Positions 63,211 through 64,000 of a stretch of DNA of 64,000 bases are shown one piece after another (the stretch's first letter is position 1; each line of letters starts with the position of its first letter). The notes under the pieces were generated by a model. That model saw only the letters and a program-made list of their open reading frames with translations, searched no databases and was not told the DNA's origin. Position numbers and translations under genes: made by a program. The stretch is from Marinilabiliales bacterium (lineage in GTDB: Bacteria; Bacteroidota; Bacteroidia; Bacteroidales; SZUA-534). Location: positions 12,083 to 76,082 of the forward strand of contig DOTG01000026.1 of the NCBI GenBank assembly GCA_003512955.1. Direction: 5' to 3'.

Positions 63211-64000
63211 TTATTTTCCAAGCTCTTGAAACAAAATTACATCAAAGTCGCTTTTTCCACCTTGAACCTTAACAAAGGTGGCCTTAATTTTGTTTTCGTC
63301 ACCAATCCATTCCTTAAATTTTGTTTCATCACACTTTTCAGCAAGACCAATTGCTTTACGTTTGCAGATAGTGAGCATAGTTTGTTCAAATTTCTCAGGG
63401 TTTTTCTCTTTTGCCGGCACTTGTAAAATATATTCCATGGCACGGTCAAATTCATTTAAATTATAATGGACAATAGCTTTATTAATCAGTGCCTCCTTAT
63501 ACCTTGGAGAAATTTCAAGTGCCTTTTGATAATAGATTAACGCGGTCTTTTTATCACCAGTTAAGTCATAACTAGTGGCTAAATTGTTTAAATTCTGTAA
63601 ATGATAAGGGTTGATGGCATAGGCATCGGTAAATGATGCTTTTGCCCCTTCCATATTTTTAAATGTTGACAGTGCAACACCCTCGTAATAAGCCATGGGT
63701 GTAGTAAAATTATCGAGCGTATAAAGACTGCCACGCACACTGTGCGCCGCCCGATAAACCAAATTAAAGTTTTTGGTTTTAATGCCGTACTTAACTGCCC
63801 TTGCCGCTTTTTCTCCCTTGAAAAATTGATGGGCTGCCCAAAGGTTTGCAGTAGCTAGAAGCAAGAAGAGAAATGAAAATGCAACTTTCCCTAGTGGCTT
63901 TGAGATATTCAATTCAGAAGCTTCATTTTTGGGCAATTCATTTAGTATCAGCACGAATAAAAGGATCATCATTACATTATGGGTAACCCTTTCGCGTGGA
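63211..64000 (-). CDS. membrane-associated TPR-repeat protein, C-terminal part (5' end beyond the window end)
   Basis: The frame stays open upstream of the track Met at 63972 to the window edge (..PRERVTHNVMMILLF..). It has a hydrophobic helix VAFSFLFLLLATANLWAA, then TPR-like repeats (YYEGVALSTFKNMEGAKASFTDAYAINP, LIYYQKALEISPRYKEALINKAIVHYNLNEFDRAMEY). Confidence 0.6.
   Translation of the reverse strand, partial: PRERVTHNVMMILLFVLILNELPKNEASELNISKPLGKVAFSFLFLLLATANLWAAHQFFKGEKAARAVKYGIKTKNFNLVYRAAHSVRGSLYTLDNFTTPMAYYEGVALSTFKNMEGAKASFTDAYAINPYHLQNLNNLATSYDLTGDKKTALIYYQKALEISPRYKEALINKAIVHYNLNEFDRAMEYILQVPAKEKNPEKFEQTMLTICKRKAIGLAEKCDETKFKEWIGDENKIKATFVKVQGGKSDFDVILFQELGK

Overview
This looks like a core-chromosome segment of a Bacteroidota genome. 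The lineage evidence is a SusC-type receptor, a T9SS C-terminal sorting domain, a fused murF-alr gene and many TAnnTTTG -7 boxes. I count about 55 protein-coding genes at very high density. I saw no rRNA or tRNA genes, CRISPR array, transposase, integrase, phage gene or recognisable defence gene.

Positions 1-12522 are an alpha-glucan/maltose utilisation locus. A SusC-like receptor is divergent from a LacI-family regulator, followed by an MFS sugar symporter, beta-phosphoglucomutase, GH65 maltose phosphorylase, a GH13 lipoprotein amylase, a secreted esterase and a SusA-like GH13 enzyme.

The rest is mostly housekeeping:
- ArsR-like and LytTR regulators, rsmI, tdk, a TPR-SpoIIE phosphatase, murF-alr and an ECF sigma pair
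- rsfS-ftsH-cdsA-psd, ferredoxin, a CapD-like dehydratase and rpsP-rimM
- a NarL-type two-component pair, birA, pyrE, a NUDIX hydrolase, coaD, a deoxynucleoside kinase and prolyl oligopeptidase
- rpsO-pnp, an ABC-F ATPase, a patatin/beta-barrel protein, purH-mreBCD-mrdA-rodA, Crp/Fnr, rlmD and gap

The window ends with a cell-surface cluster: a T9SS-sorted BNR propeller protein, a beta-barrel-like protein, a 41-aa lipoprotein ORF missing from the ORF track, and a membrane TPR protein.

I do not see a convincing self-contained novel multi-gene system here. The least explained signals are:
1. A recurrent ATGATT-TTATAGCG-AAAATCAT element confined to the regulatory regions of the alpha-glucan locus.
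2. A nested 139-bp inverted-repeat element upstream of the esterase gene.
3. A thioredoxin-fold protein whose CxxC site reads SFPS.
4. An ECF sigma factor translationally coupled to a 4-TM partner with no zinc anti-sigma motif.
5. The terminal surface cluster.

All functional calls come from motif recognition by eye. No database search or folding computation was possible.
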